A stretch of 64,000 nucleotides of DNA, taken from contig CAZVTA010000002.1 in the NCBI GenBank assembly GCA_964629815.1, positions 2,096 through 66,095 of the forward strand, read 5' to 3'. Positions 37,110 through 47,088 of this stretch are shown here, piece after piece. How positions within the stretch are numbered: the first letter of the stretch is position 1; each line of letters starts with the position of its first letter. The position numbers and the translations under genes were made by a program. This DNA comes from an uncultured Candidatus Saccharibacteria bacterium (GTDB lineage Bacteria; Patescibacteriota; Saccharimonadia; Saccharimonadales; AWTP1-31). The notes under the pieces are model-generated. The model searched no databases, had not been told where the DNA came from, and saw only the letters and a list, made by a program, of their open reading frames with translations.

Positions 37110-38062
37110 TTAATAACACATCCCGGCGCTTCTGCACCACCGGGCCACACTTCGAGCTGCTTACAGACGCCACCGATGCCTTCGAACACATACTGTGCGT
37201 ATGGATATTTCGTCCATTTACTTTCTCTTGTTTTTACGCGTTTTAACACATCGCCCGCCCTGCCCGTTACATCAACTTCGTACTGATCACCAATAAATTC
37301 CTTTGATGGATTGGCAGGATACAAGGTTATATCTGATGCGGCGTAGAGAGAGCTAATACGAAGTGCATAATCGCTTTCGGTCACACCTGTTATCTTCATC
37401 GTACAGCTCGCACCGCTACACGCAGTAGCCACCACTTCTCCACTCGCACCAAGCGCATGAGTATTTGAACCACCTGAGCTTACAGGAAACAAGAACAACA
37501 CCCTTGCATTGTCTCGCAAGCTCGCCCTACTTATGGAGCTCAACGGCACAAGTTCTACGCGCAGTACACTTGCAGCGTACGTCCACGAGCTCTTTGGTGT
37601 AAAGCCGATCGAGCCAGGAAAGCCAGCTCCACCCGCTGCATTATTTCGCCATTGCACATCAAAAGAGCCAATTGCCGAGCCATCGCTATATTTTAGAGAT
37701 GTAACAACCGCGTCGACCCCAACATTCTGATAATCTTTGCTGTCGAGCGTTTGGTCGATAAGGACACAAGTATACGAGACATTGTCACCGAGACTGCGAT
37801 TTTGTAAGCCTGCAGGCGCTGTGCTTGCATCACAAGAGGTAACATCTGCCGCGAATCCCGCATCGACAAGTTTCTTCGCATCGTTTCGCCCTGACTCTGC
37901 AGCATAAAGTGCCTGTGCGCCAAGTTGCCTGTCGAGCGCCTGTCGTTGCTCTCTGCGAGAAAGTTGTGCAAAGCCGGTAACAATGAGCGTGAGCACTATC
38001 ATGATTATCATTGTTACAATGATCGAAACCATGCCTGACTGATTACCTCTTGTGTACTTCAT
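37106..38062 (-). CDS. PilX-like pilus assembly protein or minor pilin (318 aa)
   Basis: The N-terminus GNQSGMVSIIVTMIIMIVLTLIVTGFAQLSRREQ resembles the PilX N-terminal domain. It is the last gene of the pilus operon. Confidence 0.45.
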   Translation of the reverse strand: MKYTRGNQSGMVSIIVTMIIMIVLTLIVTGFAQLSRREQRQALDRQLGAQALYAAESGRNDAKKLVDAGFAADVTSCDASTAPAGLQNRSLGDNVSYTCVLIDQTLDSKDYQNVGVDAVVTSLKYSDGSAIGSFDVQWRNNAAGGAGFPGSIGFTPKSSWTYAASVLRVELVPLSSISRASLRDNARVLFLFPVSSGGSNTHALGASGEVVATACSGASCTMKITGVTESDYALRISSLYAASDITLYPANPSKEFIGDQYEVDVTGRAGDVLKRVKTRESKWTKYPYAQYVFEGIGGVCKQLEVWPGGAEAPGCVIN

Positions 38063-38070
38063 GCTTATGC

Positions 38071-38673
38071 CTATTGTAAGACCTTTCGAACTTCGGTGTC
38101 CAGGCTAGAAACTGCACAAAACTGACTGCCTGCACCCCCTTTACAGTTATTGTCTGTGCTATCACCCTCAAATAAATCGTTGTCGCCGCTCACCACACGC
38201 ACTCGTACATTAAAGTTACCCGTAACTGTATTTTCTGTAATGTCGAATCGTGTAAGTGTCATATTCTTGCCTATTTGTTCAATAGTGTTCGGCCCAGGAG
38301 TCATATTAGGCGTACAGCCAGCAACCGATGTATAGTCTTCTATGAGTAGCACGCTATTTGTATCATCCTTTTTCGTATTCAGTTTGTAGCTGTACTTCTT
38401 TCCGCCTGCACACACAGCGCCTGGAGCGCCTGGAGTGCCTGGAGTGCCTGCAGTAAGAATGATACTGTCTGCGGAGTATTGGATCGCCTGCACTACATTG
38501 TCGCTGATCGCCCGTGTGGCGGCTTGTGTACGCGAAGATGTAATACCACGATAATATATATTACCAACGCTTATAATACCCGCTGTCAGCAGGAGCAGAA
38601 TAACCGAAAATACCACGGTCGCTATCATGAGTTCTACGATAGTAAAGCCCCTGAAGTTTAATCGCTTCTTCAT
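38071..38673 (-). CDS. Type IV minor pilin (prepilin-type N-terminus)
   Basis: MKKRLNFRG/FTIVELMIATVVFSVILLL: a class III signal with Gly-1 and Glu+5. Confidence 0.75.
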   Translation of the reverse strand: MKKRLNFRGFTIVELMIATVVFSVILLLLTAGIISVGNIYYRGITSSRTQAATRAISDNVVQAIQYSADSIILTAGTPGTPGAPGAVCAGGKKYSYKLNTKKDDTNSVLLIEDYTSVAGCTPNMTPGPNTIEQIGKNMTLTRFDITENTVTGNFNVRVRVVSGDNDLFEGDSTDNNCKGGAGSQFCAVSSLDTEVRKVLQ

Positions 38674-39074
38674 TACTGCACCCTATACCGTATTATTAGT
38701 TGCTCCTGAGGAGCACCAGACACAATACTATCCCATTGCGTGGTAATAATATAGACTGTGTTACCGCTATCGTATTCGACTTTAGTGCTGTATCGTCCAT
38801 CGGCACAGGGCGCTGAAATAATCGCGTTTGTGTCATTAATACAGAAAGCCCCAGTGGTAGGCAATGGCGCACTCACCACCACCGCATAACTTTTGAGTCG
38901 TTCGAGCATACGAGTAGTTATTTTTTGAGCCTCTGTTCGTTCTTGTGCCGAACGAATTACCTGCGACGACCTATTCGCAACCGCAAAAGAACCAGTCAGC
39001 AGTATCCCAACGACAGCCGTAGCAATAAGGACTTCTACAATGGTGTCGCCTGATTGTGCCCTACGAATTAACAC
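38673..39074 (-). CDS. Type IV minor pilin-like protein
   Basis: AQSG/DTIVEVLIATAVVGILL: a prepilin-like hydrophobic N-terminus with Glu+5. Confidence 0.65.
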   Translation of the reverse strand: MLIRRAQSGDTIVEVLIATAVVGILLTGSFAVANRSSQVIRSAQERTEAQKITTRMLERLKSYAVVVSAPLPTTGAFCINDTNAIISAPCADGRYSTKVEYDSGNTVYIITTQWDSIVSGAPQEQLIIRYRVQ

Positions 39075-39841
39075 GCGGTGCCGTCCTTAATCTGCATATT
39101 TGTTAGCGACTGACTATTACTTCCACCTACCGTGATAAGCGCACTCTGGTTCGTACCGCCACTTGCGAGACATATTTGCACACCCCGAGAATCGGTAACA
39201 ATATTGCCCGAACCAAGACTTGGAGTCGCAGATGGAGCGGGCGGCGTTCCCGCATCGAACGAGTATATGTCTAGCTGAGTACCACCACTCTTTAAGCCTG
39301 CAGAAGACGTTGTTTGCCCTTGGGCAAACGCATTAAAAAAACCTATGGTACTGAAGTCGGCTGTTCCAGCTTTAACGTACTGCACTCTGAGGCCATTTTT
39401 AAGATTACGAGCTTCCTTAGATCCTCCAACGGTTTTAATCTGCGCATCGGCTATACTTGTAGCATCGTCTTGCGTCCCCCATTTTTGGCGTAGGCCAGCA
39501 ATCGAATATACATTTACTATGTCACTGTTCGTAAACTGCATAATCTTGCCAACAAATATACACTCGTTATTCTCGCCAGAATTGGCAGTACCACTAAAGT
39601 TTGGCCCTGAGCCAGTCGCTCGACACCCTTGTGTGTTGGCGTTTCCATAATAGCCGCTGGCAACTTCGTTAATAACGTCGTTTATCTGCTGATTTATATC
39701 GTTTGCTGCTTGCGTAAACTCGGTCTTGTTTTGGGATCCAGATACCAACGCCAATGCAGAAACCAACATAAGTGCTGTTACCGCCATAACAATCAACACT
39801 TCTACAATGGTATACCCTCGGGACTTTTGCCCACTCTTCAT
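39068..39841 (-). CDS. Type IV minor pilin (prepilin-type N-terminus)
   Basis: MKSGQKSRG/YTIVEVLIVMAVTALML. Confidence 0.75.
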   Translation of the reverse strand: MKSGQKSRGYTIVEVLIVMAVTALMLVSALALVSGSQNKTEFTQAANDINQQINDVINEVASGYYGNANTQGCRATGSGPNFSGTANSGENNECIFVGKIMQFTNSDIVNVYSIAGLRQKWGTQDDATSIADAQIKTVGGSKEARNLKNGLRVQYVKAGTADFSTIGFFNAFAQGQTTSSAGLKSGGTQLDIYSFDAGTPPAPSATPSLGSGNIVTDSRGVQICLASGGTNQSALITVGGSNSQSLTNMQIKDGTAC

Positions 39842-39872
39842 ACCAGAAATTATAGCATAAGCGTAGTCTACT

Positions 39873-40712
39873 CTATAAGCCTATTTGTCGCTTGTACCAC
39901 GCAATTAGGCTTGCGCCGAATAGCTGCACAACCACCGTTGCTGCCATAAGGTACGGGCCAAATGGTAAATGCGAACCTTTTTTGGCGCGACCGACCACTA
40001 TCTGCGGCAACGACACAGTTGTTCCCAGTAGCGAGGCGATGAAGATCATCAGAAAACTAAGCGGCCAACTGCCGAGTAAAAGTCCAATAAGCCACCCTAG
40101 CTTTACATCTCCGCCGCCAATCCATGTGCCATCACTAATCTGAAACAGTACCCAAAAGATACCGCCGCCTGCAAACACCGCAAGCATGGTATGCACGAGT
40201 GTATCTACCACCTGCCCCTCATAAATTAGCCGTGCAAGCACACCAAGACTCGCAATTCTCATAAGCGGAAAGACAATTTTATCTGGCAGCAAAAACCAAC
40301 GTATATCGTAAACCGTTAGCGCAACAAAACCCACGACAACCACAAGCCATACGCCAAAATACAACCATTCCATACCCTGTAGTGCTTGGGGCCAAAAAAT
40401 ATAGCTGCCTACAAATAATAACGATGTAGCCAGCTCTACGGCCGGATACTGCCACGAAATTGGCTTGACACAGTACCTGCACCTACCTTTAAGCACTAGC
40501 CAGCTAAACACAGGGACGAGGTCCACAGCAGCAAGTTCGTGACCACAATGCACACACACCGATCTACCCGTAGCAATAGACAGGTTTTTGCCTTTCAGCT
40601 TTTTGTTCTGCTTCTTATTTACGAGCGGATCGGCTTGCGCAGTGCGCCAGACGAGCGCATTCGCAAAACTACCCAGCATAAGCCCTAATACACTAAGAAT
40701 AGCAATAACCAT
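39873..40712 (-). CDS. pilD: Prepilin peptidase (A24 family)
   Basis: 279 aa, multi-TM. N-terminal Cys cluster CVHCGHEL...CRYCVKPI, plus GGGDVKL with the catalytic Asp region. Confidence 0.9.
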   Translation of the reverse strand: MVIAILSVLGLMLGSFANALVWRTAQADPLVNKKQNKKLKGKNLSIATGRSVCVHCGHELAAVDLVPVFSWLVLKGRCRYCVKPISWQYPAVELATSLLFVGSYIFWPQALQGMEWLYFGVWLVVVVGFVALTVYDIRWFLLPDKIVFPLMRIASLGVLARLIYEGQVVDTLVHTMLAVFAGGGIFWVLFQISDGTWIGGGDVKLGWLIGLLLGSWPLSFLMIFIASLLGTTVSLPQIVVGRAKKGSHLPFGPYLMAATVVVQLFGASLIAWYKRQIGL

Positions 40713-40724
40713 AAACCCTATACT

Positions 40725-40752
40725 ACCACAAACTAAAACAGGGCTTTCGCCC
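40725..40752 (-). terminator. Hairpin after pilA (likely partial terminator before pilD)
   Basis: Perfect 12 bp stem CTAAAACAGGGC-TTTC-GCCCTGTTTTAG. On the minus strand it is followed by TTTGTGG. Confidence 0.55.
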
Positions 40753-40776
40753 TGTTTTAGTCAACCTACACTTTGT

Positions 40777-41265
40777 TTAGATATTTTGACAAAGCTGAGT
40801 AGGGTTAGCTGCGCTACTTGATTCAATCTGATATTGAATTGCTGCTTGTCGTGCAGAACCCGCAACAGTAGCACCGTCGGCACCACACTGGGCTCCTGTT
40901 ACAAGCCTAAAGAACGTGCGACCTGCTACAGTACCCTGAACAGCCTGTGCACCCGCTGCATTAGCATTACGGTCTCCAGCAGGAGCGTCTGCAGGAGCGT
41001 ACTGGTTCAGATTGCCGACATTTGTTCCTGCTATAGTTCCAGTTTGAACGTTTGTTGGCAGCGTACCGTTGTTGTTAGATACGAATTCGTTTACGCCCGC
41101 CGCTATGCGAGAAATATCATTCTTTCGACCATTATTTCGGCTGTTTCGCTGCAATGCAGGAACCGCCAAGAACACAATCAATAGGATAAGACCTGCGATT
41201 GCAAGCACGATAAGAACTTCGATGATAGTGAAGCCTTCTGTTTTCTTTTTTAAGTTGTTTAGCAT
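40777..41265 (-). CDS. pilA: Major type IV pilin
   Basis: 162 aa. MLNNLKKKTEG/FTIIEVLIVLAIAGLILLIVFLAV. It has its own promoter, a strong SD (GGGGG) and a downstream hairpin. Confidence 0.85.
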   Translation of the reverse strand: MLNNLKKKTEGFTIIEVLIVLAIAGLILLIVFLAVPALQRNSRNNGRKNDISRIAAGVNEFVSNNNGTLPTNVQTGTIAGTNVGNLNQYAPADAPAGDRNANAAGAQAVQGTVAGRTFFRLVTGAQCGADGATVAGSARQAAIQYQIESSSAANPTQLCQNI

Positions 41266-41308
41266 GTATGTATGCCCCCTACATAATTATTTGTTAACGG
41301 ATACGCTT

Positions 41309-41337
41309 AATATAAACCGCTTGTGCTTACAATGCAA
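41309..41337 (-). promoter_or_regulatory. Promoter of pilA (TTGCAT-17-TATATT)
   Basis: On the minus strand, TTGCAT (41337..41332), a 17 nt spacer, TATATT (41314..41309). Confidence 0.4.
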
Positions 41338-41357
41338 GCACTTATCCCCAGATACCT

Positions 41358-42578
41358 TTACTTAATGATCGTTTGGCCGGCTAAGCCGTAGATTGGCAGA
41401 AGTACCGCTGCAACAATCGTAAATGCTACGACACCGAGGATAACCATTAAAACCGGCTCGATAATGGTTGAGATATTGCGGATAGCAGTATCAACCTCTC
41501 GCTCATAATAGTCTGCAATTTTTTCGAGCATTGCTTCTATTGCCCCAGACTGTTCACCAATACTTAACATACTCGGCACAAGCTCAAGAAAATTTGGGTC
41601 GCCAGACAAAGATTCAGATAACGACTTACCGCCCTTTACCTTAGTAATAGCATTGTGAAGCGACTTCTCTACGTGTACGTTATTAATTGCATCTGCAGTA
41701 ATCTCGAGCATCTGTATAAGGGGTACGCCACTACCAATGAGCGTAGCTCCTGTTCGGGCAAACCGCGCCATATACAGCTTCATAAATAGTTCACCTACAG
41801 GCCACGCCTTCATTTTTGCCTTATCGACGAACTCTTTACCAGGGCCCGTTCGAGCCCAACGAGTTGTAAAGAAACCAAGCCCAACTAAAATGCCGGTTAT
41901 TATATACCAATATTTAACCGTAAACTTACTCACTCCTAATAGAATACGAGTTACCAGCGGTAAGTTTGCTCCAGGCAAATCGTTATAAAGAATCTGCACC
42001 TGTGGCAAGACCTTTACAATCATAAATCCAATAACCGCCACCATGATCAGAATCACAATTGCAGGGTATATCATGGCACCACGGACTTTGCTGAGGATTT
42101 CGGCGTCTTTTTCTTGCTGATTAGCAAGACGTTCGAGCGCTTTGTCAAGCGTACCCGATGTTTCGCCGGCAGCAACCATACTCACAAACACACGATTGAA
42201 GGCATTTGGATGCCGACCCAGGGCAACAGACAAAGCTGCACCACCTTCTACGTCGCTGATTACCTGCGTAATAACAAACTTGAGTGATTTGTTCTGTGTT
42301 TGCCCTGCGACGTTACGCAAGCTCTGCACAAGCGGCAAGCCAGCATTAATCAGTGTCGATAGCTGGCGAGAAAACAATACCTTGTCTTTTGTGCCAATGC
42401 GATTCGTAAACCGAGCAACCAAACCATTCTCTTCGCCGGTCATAGCTTTGATTTCTATAGGCGCTAAGCCTTGGTCGCGAATAAGTTTGGCAGCTGCTTG
42501 TTCTGAATCTGCCTGCACCAGATTACTAACCTTTTGACCGGTCTTTGGATTACGGGCGGTAAATTTATACGTTAGCAT
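41358..42578 (-). CDS. pilC: Type IV pilus platform protein PilC (GspF family)
   Basis: 406 aa. Two GspF-type repeats (FSRQLSTLINAGLPLVQSL and FARTGATLIGSGVPLIQML) and three TM segments. Confidence 0.92.
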   Translation of the reverse strand: MLTYKFTARNPKTGQKVSNLVQADSEQAAAKLIRDQGLAPIEIKAMTGEENGLVARFTNRIGTKDKVLFSRQLSTLINAGLPLVQSLRNVAGQTQNKSLKFVITQVISDVEGGAALSVALGRHPNAFNRVFVSMVAAGETSGTLDKALERLANQQEKDAEILSKVRGAMIYPAIVILIMVAVIGFMIVKVLPQVQILYNDLPGANLPLVTRILLGVSKFTVKYWYIITGILVGLGFFTTRWARTGPGKEFVDKAKMKAWPVGELFMKLYMARFARTGATLIGSGVPLIQMLEITADAINNVHVEKSLHNAITKVKGGKSLSESLSGDPNFLELVPSMLSIGEQSGAIEAMLEKIADYYEREVDTAIRNISTIIEPVLMVILGVVAFTIVAAVLLPIYGLAGQTIIK

Positions 42579-42579
42579 T

Positions 42580-43644
42580 CTAGCCCCTCATTAACCGATC
42601 GAGTTCATCGAGGTCGACAGCATAGTTTCGCGCTTCTTCGTATGTAATTGTGCCGTTATGGATAAGGTTTACTAAGGTTTTGTCCATAGACTGCATACCA
42701 AACTCTGCACCCGTCTGTATCACCGCCTCGAGCTGATGGCTTTTGCCTTCGCGCACAATATTACGCACAGCGGGCGTTGCGATCAAAATTTCTGCGGCAG
42801 CAATTCGACCACCACCAATCGCAGGAATAAGTCGCTGAGAACAAATCGCCATAAGAATATTAGCCAACTGCGAACGAATTTGTGGCTGTTGGTGTGGTGG
42901 GAATACGTCGATCATACGGTCGACACTCTGTGCAGCATTGTTGGTGTGTAGGGTCGCCAGAACTAAGTGACCTGTTTCGGCAATAGTAATGGCAGAGCTG
43001 ATGGTTTCAAGATCGCGCATTTCTCCAATCAACACAACATCGGGGTCTTGGCGAAGACTGCTTCGAAGCGCCGCCGAGAATGAATACGTATCGTAGTGCA
43101 CTTCTCGCTGCACCACAACAGATTTGATGGATTTGTGTGTGTATTCAATAGGGTCTTCGATAGTAACAATATGAGTTGCGCGCTCGTGGTTTATGCGATG
43201 AATAATTGCCGCAAGGGAGGTAGACTTACCGGAACCAGTTGGACCCGTAAACAGCACAAGACCTCTTGGATAGTCGGCAAATTTGTTGACAATTGGTGGT
43301 AAACCAAGCTGCTCGACCGTGAGGATTTCGTTAGGGATAAGTCGAAGTGCTGCCGCTAGATTGCCTCGTTCGTGAAATGCATTTACACGAAAACGACCGA
43401 GATCACCAAAAGCAAAGCTAAAGTCGAATTCCTTATCTTTCAGCAGAATTTGCTTTTGATCTTCATCGAGAATAGCAAATACCAGCATTTCGACAGACTC
43501 TTCAGTTAGCGGCTCGGTATTGCCTACCGGTATGAGTGACCCGTCTACGCGAAGCATTGGCGGCAAACCAACCTGCAAATGAAGGTCAGATGCTTTTTTC
43601 TTTATTACTTCTTCTAGTAGTATTTCTATTCTTAATTGCTGCAT
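42580..43644 (-). CDS. pilT: Type IV pilus retraction ATPase PilT
   Basis: 354 aa. ASDLHLQVGLPPMLRVDG, Walker A GPTGSGKST, IGEMRD, and LVLATLHTNNAAQSVDR. Confidence 0.92.
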   Translation of the reverse strand: MQQLRIEILLEEVIKKKASDLHLQVGLPPMLRVDGSLIPVGNTEPLTEESVEMLVFAILDEDQKQILLKDKEFDFSFAFGDLGRFRVNAFHERGNLAAALRLIPNEILTVEQLGLPPIVNKFADYPRGLVLFTGPTGSGKSTSLAAIIHRINHERATHIVTIEDPIEYTHKSIKSVVVQREVHYDTYSFSAALRSSLRQDPDVVLIGEMRDLETISSAITIAETGHLVLATLHTNNAAQSVDRMIDVFPPHQQPQIRSQLANILMAICSQRLIPAIGGGRIAAAEILIATPAVRNIVREGKSHQLEAVIQTGAEFGMQSMDKTLVNLIHNGTITYEEARNYAVDLDELDRLMRG

Positions 43645-43657
43645 ATTCCACCCTGTT

Positions 43658-45454
43658 TTATGCGCTGTCTATTGCTGCCACACGATTCACTTCTTGTAGT
43701 GAGGTGAAGCCAGCTAGCGCTTTAAAGTACCCGTCTTCGCGCATGGTAACCATGCCTTCTGCTTGGGCTGCTTTCTGAATCTCGGTACTTGTCGAACGTT
43801 TAAGGATAAGATTCTGGATAGATTCCGATACATTAAACACTTCGTACAAGCCAATTCTTCCCTTGTAGCCGCCCGGCGTTTCGGGGGTATCTTGACCCTT
43901 GAATAAAGTATAAGCGTTTTGGGTCGCTAAGGGCAAGTTATCGTAGCCAAAATCGGCTGCGAATTGTTTTTGTTCTTCGGTAGTTTTTGGCAAAAATTTT
44001 CCAAGTGTTGCATGGATGGCGTCGGTTTCAATTTTTTCACTTTGGTACGTCGTACGATTATCGGCAATTCTTCGCACCAAACGTTGCCCGATTACCGTGT
44101 GAACGGTACTAGCTATTAAGAATGGTTCTATGCCCATGTCGAGCAGACGAGGCAAAATTCCTGCAGCAGAGTTGGTGTGCAGCGTACTAAACACCAGGTG
44201 CCCCGTAAGTGCAGCCTGAACAGCCAGCTGCGCTGTCTCTTTATCGCGAATTTCTCCAACCATGACAATATCTGGGTCCTGGCGCAAAATAGAGCGCAAA
44301 CCTGTTGCAAATGTCAGGCCTACGTCTGCATTAACTTGGATCTGATTGATACCGTCCATCTTATATTCAACTGGATCTTCGAGCGTTACGATATTTACCG
44401 TGTCGCTCTTTATTTCTTGCAGCAAGGCGTACATAGACGTAGACTTACCGGAACCCGTTGGCCCACTCGTAAGTATCATGCCGTTTGGCTGCTTCAGACC
44501 TTCGCGTATGGTACGAAGTGCCCGTCCATGATAACCCATATCCTCGAGCTTAAGGCTCGTGCCCGATTTATCGAGCAGACGAATAACGACCTGCTCGCCC
44601 CATACAACTGGCGAGATCGCAATACGAAGGTCAATTGAGCGTTTGTCGACCACAATAGCAAATCCACCGTCTTGTGGAATACGGTGTTCATCGATCTTAA
44701 GGTTAGCTAGAATTTTAATACGCGACACGAGCGCAGGCTCGGTGCTTTTCGGGAGCTTCATGATTTCGCGCAACACACCATCGATACGCGCACGAATTTT
44801 GAAGGACTTTTCGAGGGGTTCCATATGGATATCGCTTGCACGATTCTTGGCAGCGTATTCCATAATGGTAGACAACGCCTTGCTTATTGGCGAGTCTTGC
44901 ACAATTGCTGCAACCTTCTCGCCAGCATCGGACTGTCTAGCTGCTTCATTGGCCCCCGCAGCTGCTTGATCAGCAACGCCTTTTAAGTCTCCAAGTGCCT
45001 TGCTATCGAGCTTTTCGTTATACTGCTTGAGAATGCGTTTTATGCCCGCTTCGCTGGCTGCATATACTTTGAGCGGCCTTCCAATCTTATTAGACAAAAA
45101 GTCGGCTGCTTGCACATTATCTGCATCGAGCATAGCGACCACAAGCCGGTGCTGCATCTCGCCGAGCGGAACAGCCATATACCGTTCTGCAATTTCTTGG
45201 GGCAATAAGTCTAGAACATCGGGGTCTATCTTTGCACTTGTGAGATTGACATATGGCACGCGCGAAACCTTGGCAATCGTTCGCGTAAGATCTTCTTCGG
45301 TAATTGTTCCACCAGAAACAAGGAGTGTTAAGAGTGGAGTTTTGTCTGCGTCAGCCTTCGCACGAAGCTCTTCGAGCTGTTCGGCAGATAATAGACCTTG
45401 CTGCACTAAATCATCTTCGACAAGCTTTTGGGTTGTTGCAGAGAGCACACTCAT
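43658..45454 (-). CDS. pilB: Type IV pilus assembly ATPase PilB (GspE family)
   Basis: 598 aa. N-terminal GSPII_E_N-like domain, Walker A GPTGSGKST, VGEIRDKETA, and LVFSTLHTNSAAG. Confidence 0.92.
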   Translation of the reverse strand: MSVLSATTQKLVEDDLVQQGLLSAEQLEELRAKADADKTPLLTLLVSGGTITEEDLTRTIAKVSRVPYVNLTSAKIDPDVLDLLPQEIAERYMAVPLGEMQHRLVVAMLDADNVQAADFLSNKIGRPLKVYAASEAGIKRILKQYNEKLDSKALGDLKGVADQAAAGANEAARQSDAGEKVAAIVQDSPISKALSTIMEYAAKNRASDIHMEPLEKSFKIRARIDGVLREIMKLPKSTEPALVSRIKILANLKIDEHRIPQDGGFAIVVDKRSIDLRIAISPVVWGEQVVIRLLDKSGTSLKLEDMGYHGRALRTIREGLKQPNGMILTSGPTGSGKSTSMYALLQEIKSDTVNIVTLEDPVEYKMDGINQIQVNADVGLTFATGLRSILRQDPDIVMVGEIRDKETAQLAVQAALTGHLVFSTLHTNSAAGILPRLLDMGIEPFLIASTVHTVIGQRLVRRIADNRTTYQSEKIETDAIHATLGKFLPKTTEEQKQFAADFGYDNLPLATQNAYTLFKGQDTPETPGGYKGRIGLYEVFNVSESIQNLILKRSTSTEIQKAAQAEGMVTMREDGYFKALAGFTSLQEVNRVAAIDSA

Positions 45455-45469
45455 ACGTCGCCCTCCCTT

Positions 45470-45718
45470 TTATTGCTGTGCGTTAAATGGTTTGTCGTTG
45501 CTATTATCACCAATGGTAATCTTCTTTGTTGGGTTAACCGAGTCTTTATTGAAGTACTTTGTGTCTGGCTGCGTAAATTCGGTACTGATCGGATCTACCG
45601 TAGAGGCTTTTTGCTGAAAAGCAGACTTTGGCGCGATAACAAGATTAGAAAGCAGTATAGAAAAGATACCACTAATAAACACTGCGACGACTATCATAGC
45701 TATATCTTTTTGTTTCAT
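45470..45718 (-). CDS. Small single-pass membrane protein of the pilus operon (82 aa)
   Basis: One N-terminal TM. ATGA overlap with the upstream pilO-like gene. Confidence 0.5.
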   Translation of the reverse strand: MKQKDIAMIVVAVFISGIFSILLSNLVIAPKSAFQQKASTVDPISTEFTQPDTKYFNKDSVNPTKKITIGDNSNDKPFNAQQ

Positions 45719-46395
45719 TCTTTCACCACCTGTGTCTTAATGTTCAGTGACTTTTCTGGCTGATAATATGTCTTGGCCGTTACGCGAAGCTTTAGGTTAC
45801 TTTCGCCACCGGTAAGCGTAATCGACTTGATGTGTATTGGCCGAATTGATTTTTCAAGCACATTTATTAGATCTTTTGTCGCACCCGAGTTACTTTCGGC
45901 GTCAAACTCAAACGGAATCTCTATTGGCTCTGGGTTATCAACCGATTCGTTCTTCGATTGTGCAACTTCATCATCCGTTCCGGTGATTGAATTAACCTTG
46001 AACTTCTTCTCTCCGAGTAATTTCTCGATACTTGTCGTTAAGGCCGGAAAGTCATATTTACTCGGTAATGCATCTAGGATAATCTTTGCATTGTCACCAT
46101 CTTTATCACCTGTTCCTGAAGGGTTTCCTCCGATAACATTGTCTGGGGTTGTCGTAAAGCTCTTGTAGGCTATCACGAGTTGATCTACGGCTGCAAGGTT
46201 CGTCTTTAGCTGATCACGCGCTTTAGTTTGCTGGTCAATCACTTTATTTTGGTATGTACGTTGTCGCAATAACGCCCGGCTCGAAACGAGCGAAAACACC
46301 GCAATAAATGCTGCTGCAGCAACCATAGCCACCATAGTTGCATTTGCCTTGTCAATCTGGAGTCGTTTGGTTACGTTAAGTTGTTGCTTTGCCAT
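45715..46395 (-). CDS. PilO-like pilus assembly protein
   Basis: 226 aa. N-terminal TM, then a coiled coil, then a globular domain. Position after pilN, with a TAATG overlap. Confidence 0.6.
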   Translation of the reverse strand: MAKQQLNVTKRLQIDKANATMVAMVAAAAFIAVFSLVSSRALLRQRTYQNKVIDQQTKARDQLKTNLAAVDQLVIAYKSFTTTPDNVIGGNPSGTGDKDGDNAKIILDALPSKYDFPALTTSIEKLLGEKKFKVNSITGTDDEVAQSKNESVDNPEPIEIPFEFDAESNSGATKDLINVLEKSIRPIHIKSITLTGGESNLKLRVTAKTYYQPEKSLNIKTQVVKE

Positions 46396-47087
46396 TATTG
46401 CACTTCCTTTGGATTTACGGGCAGCGCCTGGAACAAGTCGGTTGGCTTTTCGGTTTCAGAACGCGTTGTCGTGATCTTTGGCACTTCAAGCGTTACTGCA
46501 TACGCCGAGTTAAATATAACCTCGTCGTAGCTCAGTTTTACTTCGTACGTGGTTGCTTTTTCATTCTTCGAAAATGAGCTCAGCACCACACCAGTAAATG
46601 CTTTACCCGTCTTTTCTTGATTGTCAGCCGTGTATTTATATTTCGTAAACTTCAACGTATCGGTAAATTTGTTTACTGTACTGAGTGCATCGGTCGTACC
46701 TTTTACTACAAACGTTTTTGCATCGAAATCAACGACAATGTCGCCAATATTTACTTGGTTTGGCGTTGTCTGCTTTATATATTCAAACAATCGAGATACG
46801 ACTGGTTTTTTGCCATGCAAGTCCGGCAAACTGTTGAGCTGGTTCTGAACGGTAAGCACTTTGTTAAGTTCTGGCGTATTTTTGAGTGTTTCAGAATCGG
46901 TTTTGATGTCTGCAGCAAGGTTATTCATATGCGTCTTTTGGAATACATTCACTGCCAAGAACATCATAATAAAGATTGCCAGCGAACTCGCTGCAACGAT
47001 TGCAGACACAACCATAACCGTACGCTTTACATTCTTCGCCTTAATATACTGCATTTTTACGTCTGGGAGTAAATTGAACTGAATCAT
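46395..47087 (-). CDS. PilN-like pilus assembly protein
   Basis: Start taken at MIQFNLLPD (47087), 1 nt after the pilM stop. It has the conserved PilN N-terminal INLLP-type motif and one TM. Confidence 0.7.
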   Translation of the reverse strand: MIQFNLLPDVKMQYIKAKNVKRTVMVVSAIVAASSLAIFIMMFLAVNVFQKTHMNNLAADIKTDSETLKNTPELNKVLTVQNQLNSLPDLHGKKPVVSRLFEYIKQTTPNQVNIGDIVVDFDAKTFVVKGTTDALSTVNKFTDTLKFTKYKYTADNQEKTGKAFTGVVLSSFSKNEKATTYEVKLSYDEVIFNSAYAVTLEVPKITTTRSETEKPTDLFQALPVNPKEVQ

Positions 47088-47088
47088 A